Assembly: GCA_964424195.1 (NCBI GenBank)
Contig: CAYRHT010000002.1
Location: forward strand, 8,458-72,457
Direction: 5' to 3'
DNA length: 64,000 nucleotides
From: an uncultured Gammaproteobacteria bacterium
GTDB taxonomy: Bacteria > Patescibacteriota > Patescibacteriia > UBA1558 > S5-K13
Within the stretch, counting starts at the first letter, position 1; each line of letters begins with the position of its first letter. A program made the translations under genes and the position numbers. Positions 8,685 to 18,193 of this stretch are shown here, one piece after another. The notes beneath the pieces are model-generated. The model was not told the origin of the DNA. It made no database searches and saw only the letters and a list, made by a program, of their open reading frames with translations.

Positions 8685-11183
8685 ATGAATAGATTAAAAC
8701 AATTAAAATATAAATACTATATTGGTGTTATTATAGCTCTGACTATTGTTTTTAGTTCTATTAATTTTGTTCAAGCTGCTACTCCTACTTATGAAAATGC
8801 ACCAACAGCCTCTGAAGTTTTAATAGTTTATAATTCAGCTTATACTACTGATTCAGATACTGATGGTACTCAGGATAGTCAAGAAATAGCTGAATATTAT
8901 GTTACAAATAGACCAGGAGTTAATATTACTTCCATTTCTACTGTTACTAGTGAAACTATTTCTCGAACTAATTATAATTCTCAAATTAGAGATCCTTTAG
9001 AAGCTTATTTAACTGCTCAAGGTTTAACAGATTCTATTAAATTTATAGTTTTAGTCAAAGGTATTCCTTTAAAGATAGTTGCTACTAATGGTGGTTCTTA
9101 TGGTTCTACAGATTATTCTTCAGTAGATTCAGCAGTTTGTTTATTATACGAAGGAGATTATGTTATTAATTGGCGACACCCTAATCCTTATTATAACGCT
9201 GATCCTAGTTATACTAAGGCTTTCCGTTTTGATACTGATCACTTTACTAATGCTTCGGGAGTTACTTTAAATTATTTGGTAACTCGAATAGATGGATATT
9301 CAGTATCAAGTATGGAAGCGATAGTAGATAGAGGAGTGGGAGCTGATACTTCTGGAAATGGTTATTGGGTGATAGATGATAATTTAAAAACTTATGATCA
9401 AATGAGTACGGCTTATACTTATTTAAGTGATTTAAGTAGAAATGTTAATCCTGATCCTTGGTCAGACACTTCTTCTTATATTACAACTAATGCTAGTGGT
9501 TCTGTTATGGGTTACACTTCTCATGGAATTCATGCTTCTATGGGTGATGGTTATGTTTCTAATAGTCCAGTTAATGCTAACTATTTAGACTTTACATTAT
9601 TGAATGGAGCAGTATTCTCTACTTATGAATCATATAATGGATATGGTTTTACTGCTCCTACTCAATCAACTCACGGGCAAGTAGCAGAGTGGATAGAAAT
9701 TGGTGGTTCTGGTGGAGTTGGTAATGTTTATGAACCTTGGGCTTCTACTATCGCTCATGAAGAAATTTTTATGCCAGAATATACTATTGGTTATACTTGG
9801 GCAGAAGCAGCTTATATGTCTTTAGCTTATATGGATTTTGTTTCAGTGGTAATTGGTGATCCTTTAATGACTATTTCAGAAATTATTGCTCCAGCATCAG
9901 TAACAGCGACTAACGCCGTGAATGGAGATAATCAAGTAGCTTTTTCTTGGACTAATCCTGTTGACGCTGATTTTGTAGGAGTAAAAGTAGTTCGAAAGAC
10001 TGGATCTTATCCAGGACATAGTGCTGATGGAACTGTTATCTACAATGGAAGTAATGAATCATATATTGATACAGATGTTGTGAATAATACTACTTATTAT
10101 TACGCAATCTTTGCCTATGATGAAGTACCTAATTATTCTAGCTTAGGAGCTGGTTCCAAAGATAATGCTACACCATCTTCAGATACTACAGCACCAGATT
10201 CAGTAACTAGTATATTTGCTAATCCCGGAAATCATCAAGTAATTTTAACTTGGACTAATCCAACTAACGCTGATTTTGTGGGAGCGAGAGTAATGCGGAA
10301 AGAAGGTTCCTATTCTAGTACTTATGATGATGGAACTTTGGTTTATGATGGATCTAGTAATTCTTGTGTTAGTTCTGGTTTAACAAATGATGTAACTTAT
10401 TATTATACTATTTTTGCTTATGATGGAACTCCTAATTATGCTACTCCGGGAGCAGGAGCTAAGACAACATCTGCTCCTTATTTAACAGAATCAGGTGCAG
10501 AAATTGATGTTCAGCCTCCGGGATCTATTTACAGTTTTTCAGCAATTCCTGGGAATGCTCAAGTTTCTTTATCTTGGACAAATCCTGATGATAGCGACTT
10601 TTCTTTAGTTAAAGTCTTACGAAGAACAGATTATTATCCTCAAAGTTTTTCTAATGGTATTTTAATAACAAGTGTTAGTAGCACTACTACTTCATATACT
10701 GATACTGATGTAGTAAATGATACAACTTATTTCTATACTGCTTTTGCTTGTGATGTTTCTTTAAATTGTTCAGTGCTAACTTCTAATGCTCAAGATTATG
10801 CTACTCCTTGTGATGGTTCTTGTTCAGATACTAGTCCAGAAACAGCTCCTACTTATTCCCTATCTGAACCAGATATTTCTCCGCCAGTAGCTATTACAAA
10901 TTTTGACGCAGTTGCTGGTGATGAGAGTGCTAGTTTAACTTGGACAAATCCATTTGGAGATGATGATTGGGTTGGTACAATAGTAGTTAGAAAAACAGAT
11001 TCCTATCCTAATAGTTATACTGATGGTACTCAGATATATAACGGTCAAAATGGAGGATTTTATACTGATACAGGTTTAAGTAATGGAACTACTTATTATT
11101 ATGGAGCCTTTGCGTATGATACGGCTGGTAATTATACTGCTTCTAGTACTGACTCTAGTGATTTAGCAACACCAAGTGAATAA
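8685..11183 (+). CDS. Secreted protein with five fibronectin-type-III-like repeats and an N-terminal signal peptide.
   Basis: The leader 'MNRLKQLKYKYYIGVIIALTIVFSSINFVQA' ends in an AxA-like site. The unit 'W(T/S)NPxDxDFVGxxVxRKxGSYP...YxDTxxxNxTTYYYxxFAYD' is repeated five times. The start lies 2 nt after the stop of the giant gene. Confidence 0.75.
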   Translation: MNRLKQLKYKYYIGVIIALTIVFSSINFVQAATPTYENAPTASEVLIVYNSAYTTDSDTDGTQDSQEIAEYYVTNRPGVNITSISTVTSETISRTNYNSQIRDPLEAYLTAQGLTDSIKFIVLVKGIPLKIVATNGGSYGSTDYSSVDSAVCLLYEGDYVINWRHPNPYYNADPSYTKAFRFDTDHFTNASGVTLNYLVTRIDGYSVSSMEAIVDRGVGADTSGNGYWVIDDNLKTYDQMSTAYTYLSDLSRNVNPDPWSDTSSYITTNASGSVMGYTSHGIHASMGDGYVSNSPVNANYLDFTLLNGAVFSTYESYNGYGFTAPTQSTHGQVAEWIEIGGSGGVGNVYEPWASTIAHEEIFMPEYTIGYTWAEAAYMSLAYMDFVSVVIGDPLMTISEIIAPASVTATNAVNGDNQVAFSWTNPVDADFVGVKVVRKTGSYPGHSADGTVIYNGSNESYIDTDVVNNTTYYYAIFAYDEVPNYSSLGAGSKDNATPSSDTTAPDSVTSIFANPGNHQVILTWTNPTNADFVGARVMRKEGSYSSTYDDGTLVYDGSSNSCVSSGLTNDVTYYYTIFAYDGTPNYATPGAGAKTTSAPYLTESGAEIDVQPPGSIYSFSAIPGNAQVSLSWTNPDDSDFSLVKVLRRTDYYPQSFSNGILITSVSSTTTSYTDTDVVNDTTYFYTAFACDVSLNCSVLTSNAQDYATPCDGSCSDTSPETAPTYSLSEPDISPPVAITNFDAVAGDESASLTWTNPFGDDDWVGTIVVRKTDSYPNSYTDGTQIYNGQNGGFYTDTGLSNGTTYYYGAFAYDTAGNYTASSTDSSDLATPSE

Positions 11184-11185
11184 AT

Positions 11186-12163
11186 ATGAAATTAAACAAA
11201 CAAAAAATAGTTCTATTGATAATTTTAATGCTAATAGTAGTAATCTCTTTATTTTTTATATTCAAGAAAGAAAAATATTTTATACTATATATAGAAGGTT
11301 TAGATCAGGGAGTTTTAAAGCAATATTCAACAGAAGATTTACCAAATTTGAAGTCTTTGTTCAGTGCCGATTTAAATTCAGAAATTGCTTTAAACAAGGA
11401 GTCAAGTTTTTTAACAATTTTATCAGGGGAGTATAAATATGGATCTTTTGATCAGAAGGATCCAAATAAATATATTGTTAGTAAAAAAAAGGTAGATAAT
11501 TTAGGATTATTTTATCAAACAAATCTATATCAAAATGTTAGAGAAAATAATTTATCTTTTAGATTTTTAGAAAGAATAGAAAAAATTTTAAAGCTGGATA
11601 AATTTAAAGAGGATATAATTGTTTATTTAACTAATTTGGAAAATAATGATTTAAATTCTTATCAAGAGATTGATGGCTTAGTAGCTCAAATAGAAAAGAA
11701 AATCGGTTTTAACACTAGATTATTAATTATTACTCCTAATTATGAAGAAGAAAATAGTTTTAGAGAAATTAATGAAAACTTAATAGATAAAGGATTTTTA
11801 ACTTGTCCCGATAACTTTCAAGACTTGTCAGAATGTGATTTAGCTAATTCTTTTGCTTATAGTCCTGCTCCAGGTGAAGTATATATTAACAAAAAAGGTC
11901 GAGAAGAGTTGGGTCGAGTAGATTGGGATTATGAAGGAGTCATTGAAGATACAGCTTATGTTTTAACTTCTGAAATAGAAGAGAAAGATTTAAGGATGTA
12001 TAAGAGTAGAAATTATTTTCAACAAAAAGATGTACCAGAAATATTTGTTTTTGAAAAACAAAGGGAAGAAAAGGGTATAATGCTATCGAACAAAAAATTT
12101 ACTCAGGATAAATATGATTATTTAGAAATTTTAAACTTAATTAACTTAATTAAAAATGATTAA
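11186..12163 (+). CDS. Hypothetical membrane-anchored protein of the surface-protein operon.
   Basis: N-terminal 'MKLNKQK' followed by a hydrophobic helix. It is tightly coupled to its neighbours, lying 2 nt after the previous stop and overlapping the next gene by 8 nt. There is a weak, unverified resemblance to the N-terminal core of the alkaline-phosphatase superfamily. Confidence 0.5.
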   Translation: MKLNKQKIVLLIILMLIVVISLFFIFKKEKYFILYIEGLDQGVLKQYSTEDLPNLKSLFSADLNSEIALNKESSFLTILSGEYKYGSFDQKDPNKYIVSKKKVDNLGLFYQTNLYQNVRENNLSFRFLERIEKILKLDKFKEDIIVYLTNLENNDLNSYQEIDGLVAQIEKKIGFNTRLLIITPNYEEENSFREINENLIDKGFLTCPDNFQDLSECDLANSFAYSPAPGEVYINKKGREELGRVDWDYEGVIEDTAYVLTSEIEEKDLRMYKSRNYFQQKDVPEIFVFEKQREEKGIMLSNKKFTQDKYDYLEILNLINLIKND

Positions 12164-15100
12164 TAAATTAAAACAATTAGATTATCGTTATTATATTGGA
12201 ATAATAGTTATTGCTATTGCAATAGTTTTTGGTTTAATTTTTATTTTACGAGCTCCAAAGTCAGCTGAAGCTGAATGGTTTAATGATGGCTGGTATTATC
12301 GAAAATCTATTCCAGTCACTAATAATACTACAACAGAAATGAACGTTTATGTTTCTGTTACCATTGATACTTCAGATACTACTAAATTTCAAACAGATTG
12401 TGATGATGTGCGTTTTACTAATAGTGCTGGTAATAGATTTCCTTATTATCTTGTTTCAGGTTGTGGTACAGACACAACAGTAATTCATGTTTATTTTAAT
12501 AACCTTGATGCTGGTTTACAAAATATTTATTATTATTATGGTAATTCATCTGTAGAACAAGGTTCTGTTGGTTCAAATTTTTCTACGGTAGCTTCTGATT
12601 ATACAATTGGAACTATTACTAGTGAGGAACAATCTGAAGTACCAATAGCTTATTGGTCATTTGATGAAGGTTATGGAACTATTGCTCATGATAATACTTC
12701 TAGTAAAAATCATGGGACTTTAACAAATATGACCACCACTGGTATTTCTACAGCTTGGGTAGATGGTAAGTTCGGAAAAGGATTGAAGTTCGGTGATCAT
12801 AATTATGATAATTTAGCATTAGAAGAGGAGATAGGTTTTAGTGATGGAGATGAACATACTTTATCTTTTTGGATAAAGAATGATGGTACAAATACTTACA
12901 TCACTGTAGCTGGGAAAGAAACTGAGAATGGAAATTCAATTTATATTATTGATAATAGTGTAAATTATATATTTTATTTTCGAAGTGCAACTCAAAAACA
13001 ATTAGTGTCAGGAGTGGATACAACAGTTTTGTTTGATAAGAATTGGCATCAAGTTGTAATGACTGTGAATTCTAGTAAGCTATGTTCAGTTTATTTTGAT
13101 GGTAAATTACAGGGATCAGCAACTTTGACTACTTCAGATATGATTTATAGTTCTATTGGTTCAGGAATAAATGCTTTTCAAGTTGATGGCATAATGGACG
13201 AAGTTAAAATATATAATTATGTCTTATCAGCTTCGCAAGTTAAAAAATCTTATTCTTCTAGGTCTAAGAATTTTACAGCTATGAATTTATCTAAGTCAAA
13301 AAAAGATGCTCAGAATAAAAGAAATGTGGGTCTAGTTGGTTTCTGGAAAATGGATGAGGATTCTTGGGATAGTACAGCCAATGAAGTAATTGATTATTCA
13401 GGACTAGGAAATCATGGTACCAGTTATGCTGATGCTACTACAACTTCTAGTGCTAGATATAATAGAGCGGGAGAATTTGATGGAACGGGAGATTATATTA
13501 GTTGTGGTAGTGATAGTAGTTTAGATATGGGTGACGGCAGTTTAACTATTGGAACATGGATTAAAGCAGATAATGTGGATAATTATATGGGTATTATTAA
13601 TAAGAGTGCTTTGGGAGGTAGTCTTGGTTGGGGCATGGGAATAACTAATGGCAAAGTTAGATGTGAAATCCATGATGGAAGTAGAGCTTGGACTGAATAT
13701 GATACAACAATTGAAATCGATACTTGGTATTATATTATGGCTGTATTTGATAGAGGGGATGATAAAATAAAAGTTTATATTAACGGTAATAAAGAAAGTA
13801 CGGAGCTAGATATAACAGGTAAGGGATCAATAACTGGTTCTAACTGTTACATAGGTAGTCTTAATACTTCTGCTTGGATTTTCGATGGACAAGTTGATCA
13901 TGTTAAAGTTTGGAAACGAGCATTGACTACTAAAGAAATATCAGAAGAATATGTTACTGGACCAGCTCCAGTTGCTTATTGGTCCATGGATCAGATTGAC
14001 GGTACTACGGTTGTTGATCAGTCGGGAATGGGTAATGATTGTACTATGGATGGAGGAGTAACTAAAAATAATAATTGGAAGCCTGGGAAAGTAGGTCAGG
14101 CTTTATCATTTAAAGACGATGCTGATGCTCATCTTGATTGTGGTAATGATTCTAGTTTAGATATTACTGGAGCTATTACCATAGAATCTTGGGTTAAACC
14201 AGATTCATATGATTTTGCTTATCCTATGTTTCTTTCTAAGGCAGGATCATATTATAGAACTGGTTTAGCTGCTGCAGGTGATGGAAGAGTATTTTTTAGA
14301 GTGAGAGTTGGTGGTGCGTATAAAACAGCCTATTCCTCTTCAGACGTCCCTTTGAATGAATGGACTCATGTTATAGGAACTTATGATGGAGAATATATGA
14401 GAGTTTATGTAAATGGTATTTTAAATGGAACTCCCTTAGCTCTATCAGGTAATATTGAGACTAATGTTGCTTCATTAATAGTAGGTTCAGCTTCTTTTGA
14501 TGGAGATTTAGATGAAATTAAACTTTATAATTATGCTCTTACTCCATATCAAATAGCTCAAGCATATGGTAATGGAGCTCCACTTACTTATTGGTCATTT
14601 GATGAGGGACAAGGAACTACTGCTTATGATAGTTTAGGGAGTAAAAATCATGGAACTTTAACTAATATGACTACTACCGGAGTTTCTTCAGCTTGGGTAG
14701 ATGGAAAGTTTGGAAAGGGTTTGAGATTTGATGGTAGTGATGATTATATTGATGCAGGTGATTTTTTAGATAATGGTGAAACAACGGTTAGTTTATGGTT
14801 TAGAAGTAGTTATCAAGGAACACATAATGGTCTAATAGATTTTGCTGGATCTAGTGGTATTGGACATTTTGATTTTAATCATTCTGGAGACGATAGACCT
14901 ATTTTATATTTAGATTCTACTAATTTTCGTTATTTTGATGCTTCAGCCACAGATTATATGGATGGAGAATGGCATTATTTAGTACTATATATACCAGGGT
15001 CAGACATGGATGATGTTTCAAGTGCAACATTAAGTATTGATAATGTTAATATACCATCATCTAGCACATCTGCCGCCGGAACTCAGGATACTTGGAATGA

Positions 15101-17228
15101 TTTATATATTGGTAAAACTAATTATGGTTCTTTTAATGGTGATCTAGATGAAGTTAAAATATATAATTATCAACTTACTCCTTTTGATATTGAAAAAGAG
15201 TTTGTCTCTTCTAGAGGAAAGAAACAAACTGGGCTTAATTTATCTAAATCAGAACAAGATAATGAGAGTGCTCAAGTCGAAGGTTTAGTAGCTCATTGGA
15301 AAATGGATGAAGCTTCTTGGGATGGTACAGCTGATGAGGTAATAGATTATTCAGGCTTAGGAAATCATGGAGTGTCAGCAGATGATGCTCATACTACAAC
15401 TACTGCTAGGTATAATAGAGCGGGGGGATTTGATGGAACAGATGATAGGATTACGATTGCCAATGATGATTCTTTAAATCCATCATCGGCAATTACTATC
15501 TCAGCTTGGTTTTATGCTAATTCTTTTGATGGTGATAGTATTAGTGGCAATTGTATTTTATCAAAGGGTGCTAGTACTAATGGTTATTGGTTAGTTGTGG
15601 GTAGTGGAAAAGCTCATTTTAAATGGGGAAGTTATTTAACTAATGATCTTGATTCAGATACCTTTAATCCAACTACTGGAGAATGGCATCATATTTTAAT
15701 ATCTTATGATGGAAATCATGGTATTTTTTATTATGATGGAAATGAAGTTGGAGAAGGAGATATGACTAAGGGTGATAACAATACTAGTTCTATGTCTCTG
15801 GGTTATTATATTAGTCCAGTCCCAAATCATTTTGATGGAGCTTTAGATAATGTGAAGATTTGGAATCGTGCTTTGTCTCCTACAGAAGCAGTAAATGAAT
15901 ATCATAAAATATTATCTCCAGTTGGTTATTGGTCAATGGATAATATTGATGGAATTACAGTTACTGATGATTCAGGAATGGGAAATGATTGTACTATGGA
16001 TGGAGAATTAAACAAGGCTGATGATTGGAAGCCAGGAAAAGTAGGGCAATCTCTATTTTTTGAAAATTGTTATAATGGAGGTCAATGTGAAGGGCATCAC
16101 TTAGAATGTGGTAATGATTCTAGTTTAGATATCGAAGGGGCAATTACTGTTGAGCAATGGGTAAAACCAAACTCCTTTACTTATTATCCAATCTTTATGA
16201 GAAAACCAAGCGATCTTTATCGGATTGGTTTAAGAGGTACAAATCCTACAGAAAATTTAGGAGATGGTCGGGTATATTGGAGAATTAAGATTGGTGGAGT
16301 AGCTAAAGCTAAGAGTGGTGCTATTTATATTCCTTCAAATGAGTGGAGTCATGTAGTTGGGACTTATGATGGAGAATATATGAGGCTTTATATAAATGGT
16401 GTGTTAGACGGTGCACCTTATGCTGTGACTGGGGATATAGATGTTTCTACTTATGATTTGATAGTAGGCGCTTATAATCTTTCCGGTAATTATACTTTTG
16501 ATGGTGACATGGATGAAGTTAAACTTTATAATTATGCTCTTACTTCTCATCAAGTAGCTCAAGCATATAATAATGGTAAACCGATTGCTCATTGGACATT
16601 TAATGAAGGAGAAGGTGATGTAGTAAAAAATAAAATAAATAATACTTATCATGGAGATATAGTTAATGCTACTTATGTTTCTGGTAAATCTGATACTGCT
16701 TTAAATTTTGATGGAGATGGAGATTATATTGATTTTGATAATACTGAAGATGATACTTTTTATCCTACTACTACTTATGAATCAGTAACTATTGCTACTT
16801 GGATGAAATTAAATACAGCCAGTCAAGAATCAGCTGTGGTTGGAAGATTTGATTCAGTTGGATCTAATCATTGGTATAATTATGGTTCGGGTATAAAATA
16901 TGTTAATGGAGCTGTGAAAGTGATGGGAATGTCTAATGCAAATAATCCTTTATTAAGTTATGATTTAACAGATACAAGTTCTTGGCATCATGTTGTAGCT
17001 ATTGTGAATACAACAGATGGTAAGTTATATGTAGACGGTATTTTGAGAGATAGCGGAGATTTAAGTTCAAATGGCGGTTATGATTTTGCTATTGGAGCTC
17101 AAACTAATGCTGGAACTAGTTTTTACTTTGATGGGCAATTGGATGAAGTAAAAATATGGAATTATGGCTTAAGTCCATTAGATGTTCAAAATGATTATAA
17201 TCTAGGGAAAGGGGTGTTTTTTAAGTAG
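12156..17228 (+). CDS. Secreted giant protein made of seven concanavalin-A-like/LamG (Laminin_G_3-type) lectin domains.
   Basis: The leader 'MINKLKQLDYRYYIGIIVIAIAIVFGLIFILRAPKSAEA' is followed by repeated LamG signatures ('YWSFDEG', 'NHGTLTNMTTTG', 'WVDGKFGKGL', 'DGxLDEVK(I/L)YNYxLT'). A three-domain supermodule occurs twice. Confidence 0.75.
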   Translation: MINKLKQLDYRYYIGIIVIAIAIVFGLIFILRAPKSAEAEWFNDGWYYRKSIPVTNNTTTEMNVYVSVTIDTSDTTKFQTDCDDVRFTNSAGNRFPYYLVSGCGTDTTVIHVYFNNLDAGLQNIYYYYGNSSVEQGSVGSNFSTVASDYTIGTITSEEQSEVPIAYWSFDEGYGTIAHDNTSSKNHGTLTNMTTTGISTAWVDGKFGKGLKFGDHNYDNLALEEEIGFSDGDEHTLSFWIKNDGTNTYITVAGKETENGNSIYIIDNSVNYIFYFRSATQKQLVSGVDTTVLFDKNWHQVVMTVNSSKLCSVYFDGKLQGSATLTTSDMIYSSIGSGINAFQVDGIMDEVKIYNYVLSASQVKKSYSSRSKNFTAMNLSKSKKDAQNKRNVGLVGFWKMDEDSWDSTANEVIDYSGLGNHGTSYADATTTSSARYNRAGEFDGTGDYISCGSDSSLDMGDGSLTIGTWIKADNVDNYMGIINKSALGGSLGWGMGITNGKVRCEIHDGSRAWTEYDTTIEIDTWYYIMAVFDRGDDKIKVYINGNKESTELDITGKGSITGSNCYIGSLNTSAWIFDGQVDHVKVWKRALTTKEISEEYVTGPAPVAYWSMDQIDGTTVVDQSGMGNDCTMDGGVTKNNNWKPGKVGQALSFKDDADAHLDCGNDSSLDITGAITIESWVKPDSYDFAYPMFLSKAGSYYRTGLAAAGDGRVFFRVRVGGAYKTAYSSSDVPLNEWTHVIGTYDGEYMRVYVNGILNGTPLALSGNIETNVASLIVGSASFDGDLDEIKLYNYALTPYQIAQAYGNGAPLTYWSFDEGQGTTAYDSLGSKNHGTLTNMTTTGVSSAWVDGKFGKGLRFDGSDDYIDAGDFLDNGETTVSLWFRSSYQGTHNGLIDFAGSSGIGHFDFNHSGDDRPILYLDSTNFRYFDASATDYMDGEWHYLVLYIPGSDMDDVSSATLSIDNVNIPSSSTSAAGTQDTWNDLYIGKTNYGSFNGDLDEVKIYNYQLTPFDIEKEFVSSRGKKQTGLNLSKSEQDNESAQVEGLVAHWKMDEASWDGTADEVIDYSGLGNHGVSADDAHTTTTARYNRAGGFDGTDDRITIANDDSLNPSSAITISAWFYANSFDGDSISGNCILSKGASTNGYWLVVGSGKAHFKWGSYLTNDLDSDTFNPTTGEWHHILISYDGNHGIFYYDGNEVGEGDMTKGDNNTSSMSLGYYISPVPNHFDGALDNVKIWNRALSPTEAVNEYHKILSPVGYWSMDNIDGITVTDDSGMGNDCTMDGELNKADDWKPGKVGQSLFFENCYNGGQCEGHHLECGNDSSLDIEGAITVEQWVKPNSFTYYPIFMRKPSDLYRIGLRGTNPTENLGDGRVYWRIKIGGVAKAKSGAIYIPSNEWSHVVGTYDGEYMRLYINGVLDGAPYAVTGDIDVSTYDLIVGAYNLSGNYTFDGDMDEVKLYNYALTSHQVAQAYNNGKPIAHWTFNEGEGDVVKNKINNTYHGDIVNATYVSGKSDTALNFDGDGDYIDFDNTEDDTFYPTTTYESVTIATWMKLNTASQESAVVGRFDSVGSNHWYNYGSGIKYVNGAVKVMGMSNANNPLLSYDLTDTSSWHHVVAIVNTTDGKLYVDGILRDSGDLSSNGGYDFAIGAQTNAGTSFYFDGQLDEVKIWNYGLSPLDVQNDYNLGKGVFFK

Positions 17229-17331
17229 TATAGCTCTCTTTAAAAAAATAAAATTCTATGCTAATATAATAGTATATTTAAATAATTTACAATTAAATCC
17301 CTTATTTAAAGGGTAAAAGGAAGATAAAATT

Positions 17332-17808
17332 ATGGACAAAAAAATAACAGCAGATGTCAAAATTTCTGACTCTGGAAAGAAAAAAGGATTTTTTAGATGG
17401 TTAATTGTTTTAATCATTGTTCTTTTAATTATTCTTGCTGGTCTCTTTGTTGTTTCTAAAGTTACTGGTTGGGATATTTTAGGTTTTAATGAAAATGTTG
17501 ACGGAGAATGGCAAGCAGTATTCCTATCAAATGGCCAAGTCTATTTTGGACAAGCTAAGAATGAAAATTCAGATACGGTTAATTTAAAAGATATTTATTA
17601 TTTACAAGTTACTAAGGACTTGCAACCAGCAGAGGGTAATACTGAACAAAATGAATTATCTTTAGTTAAGTTAGGAAACGAATTACATGGACCGGAAGAT
17701 CAAATGAGAATCAATAGAGCTCATATTTTATTTATTGAAGATTTGAAACCAGAAGGTAAAGTAGTAAGGGCAATTCAAAAATATAAAGAAAATGAAGTAG
17801 TAGAGTAA
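17332..17808 (+). CDS. Hypothetical protein anchored by a single transmembrane helix.
   Basis: A basic N-terminus is followed by the hydrophobic helix 'WLIVLIIVLLIILAGLFVV'. A rho-independent terminator lies downstream. Confidence 0.45.
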   Translation: MDKKITADVKISDSGKKKGFFRWLIVLIIVLLIILAGLFVVSKVTGWDILGFNENVDGEWQAVFLSNGQVYFGQAKNENSDTVNLKDIYYLQVTKDLQPAEGNTEQNELSLVKLGNELHGPEDQMRINRAHILFIEDLKPEGKVVRAIQKYKENEVVE

Positions 17809-17825
17809 TCTATTTAAACTATATA

Positions 17826-17858
17826 AAACAGAGTCATTTATTTGACTCTGTTTTTTTA
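17826..17858 (+). terminator. Rho-independent terminator after the 17332 gene.
   Basis: 'aaacagagtcatttatttgactctgttttttt': a stem followed by a T-run. Confidence 0.7.
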
Positions 17859-17869
17859 TCTCTAACCAT

Positions 17870-17903
17870 AAAGTACAAAGTACTACTATATACTTTACAC
17901 TTT
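17870..17903 (+). promoter_or_regulatory. Imperfect 13-nt dyad, a candidate operator for the downstream MerR-like gene.
   Basis: 'AAAGTACAAAGTA' (17870-17882) and 'TACTTTACACTTT' (17891-17903) are reverse complements except for 2 positions. A TATAAT box follows at 17912-17917. Confidence 0.4.
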
Positions 17904-17965
17904 ATATATTTTATAATATAATTATAAACAGAGGAGAGGATAAATTTTTTATTTCTAATTTTCTA

Positions 17966-18193
17966 ATGCATTTATTAAAAATAGGACAATTAGCTCAAGA
18001 GATAGATAGATTACCATCAGCTATTCATTTCTATACTCAAGAAGGTTTGATTAAACCCAACTCATATACTAAAGGTGGGTATCGTTTGTATGAAAAAAAT
18101 CAGGCTATTAAAAGAATTAAATTAATAGAAAGGTTACAATTTCAAAAGAGATGGAGGATTGAAGAAATAAAAACTTACTTAAAAAATAAATAA
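17966..18193 (+). CDS. Small MerR-family HTH transcriptional regulator (75 aa).
   Basis: The N-terminal 'LKIGQLAQEIDRLPSAIHFYTQEGLIKP' fits the MerR HTH pattern. An imperfect 13-nt dyad lies upstream. Confidence 0.5.
   Translation: MHLLKIGQLAQEIDRLPSAIHFYTQEGLIKPNSYTKGGYRLYEKNQAIKRIKLIERLQFQKRWRIEEIKTYLKNK

Noticed and set aside
11176-11436. 86-aa ORF overlapping the start of the 325-aa gene in another frame.
   Set aside because: It shares the region with the in-operon 325-aa gene, which has a proper membrane-anchor N-terminus and tight coupling to its neighbours. The 86-aa product is basic junk-like sequence.
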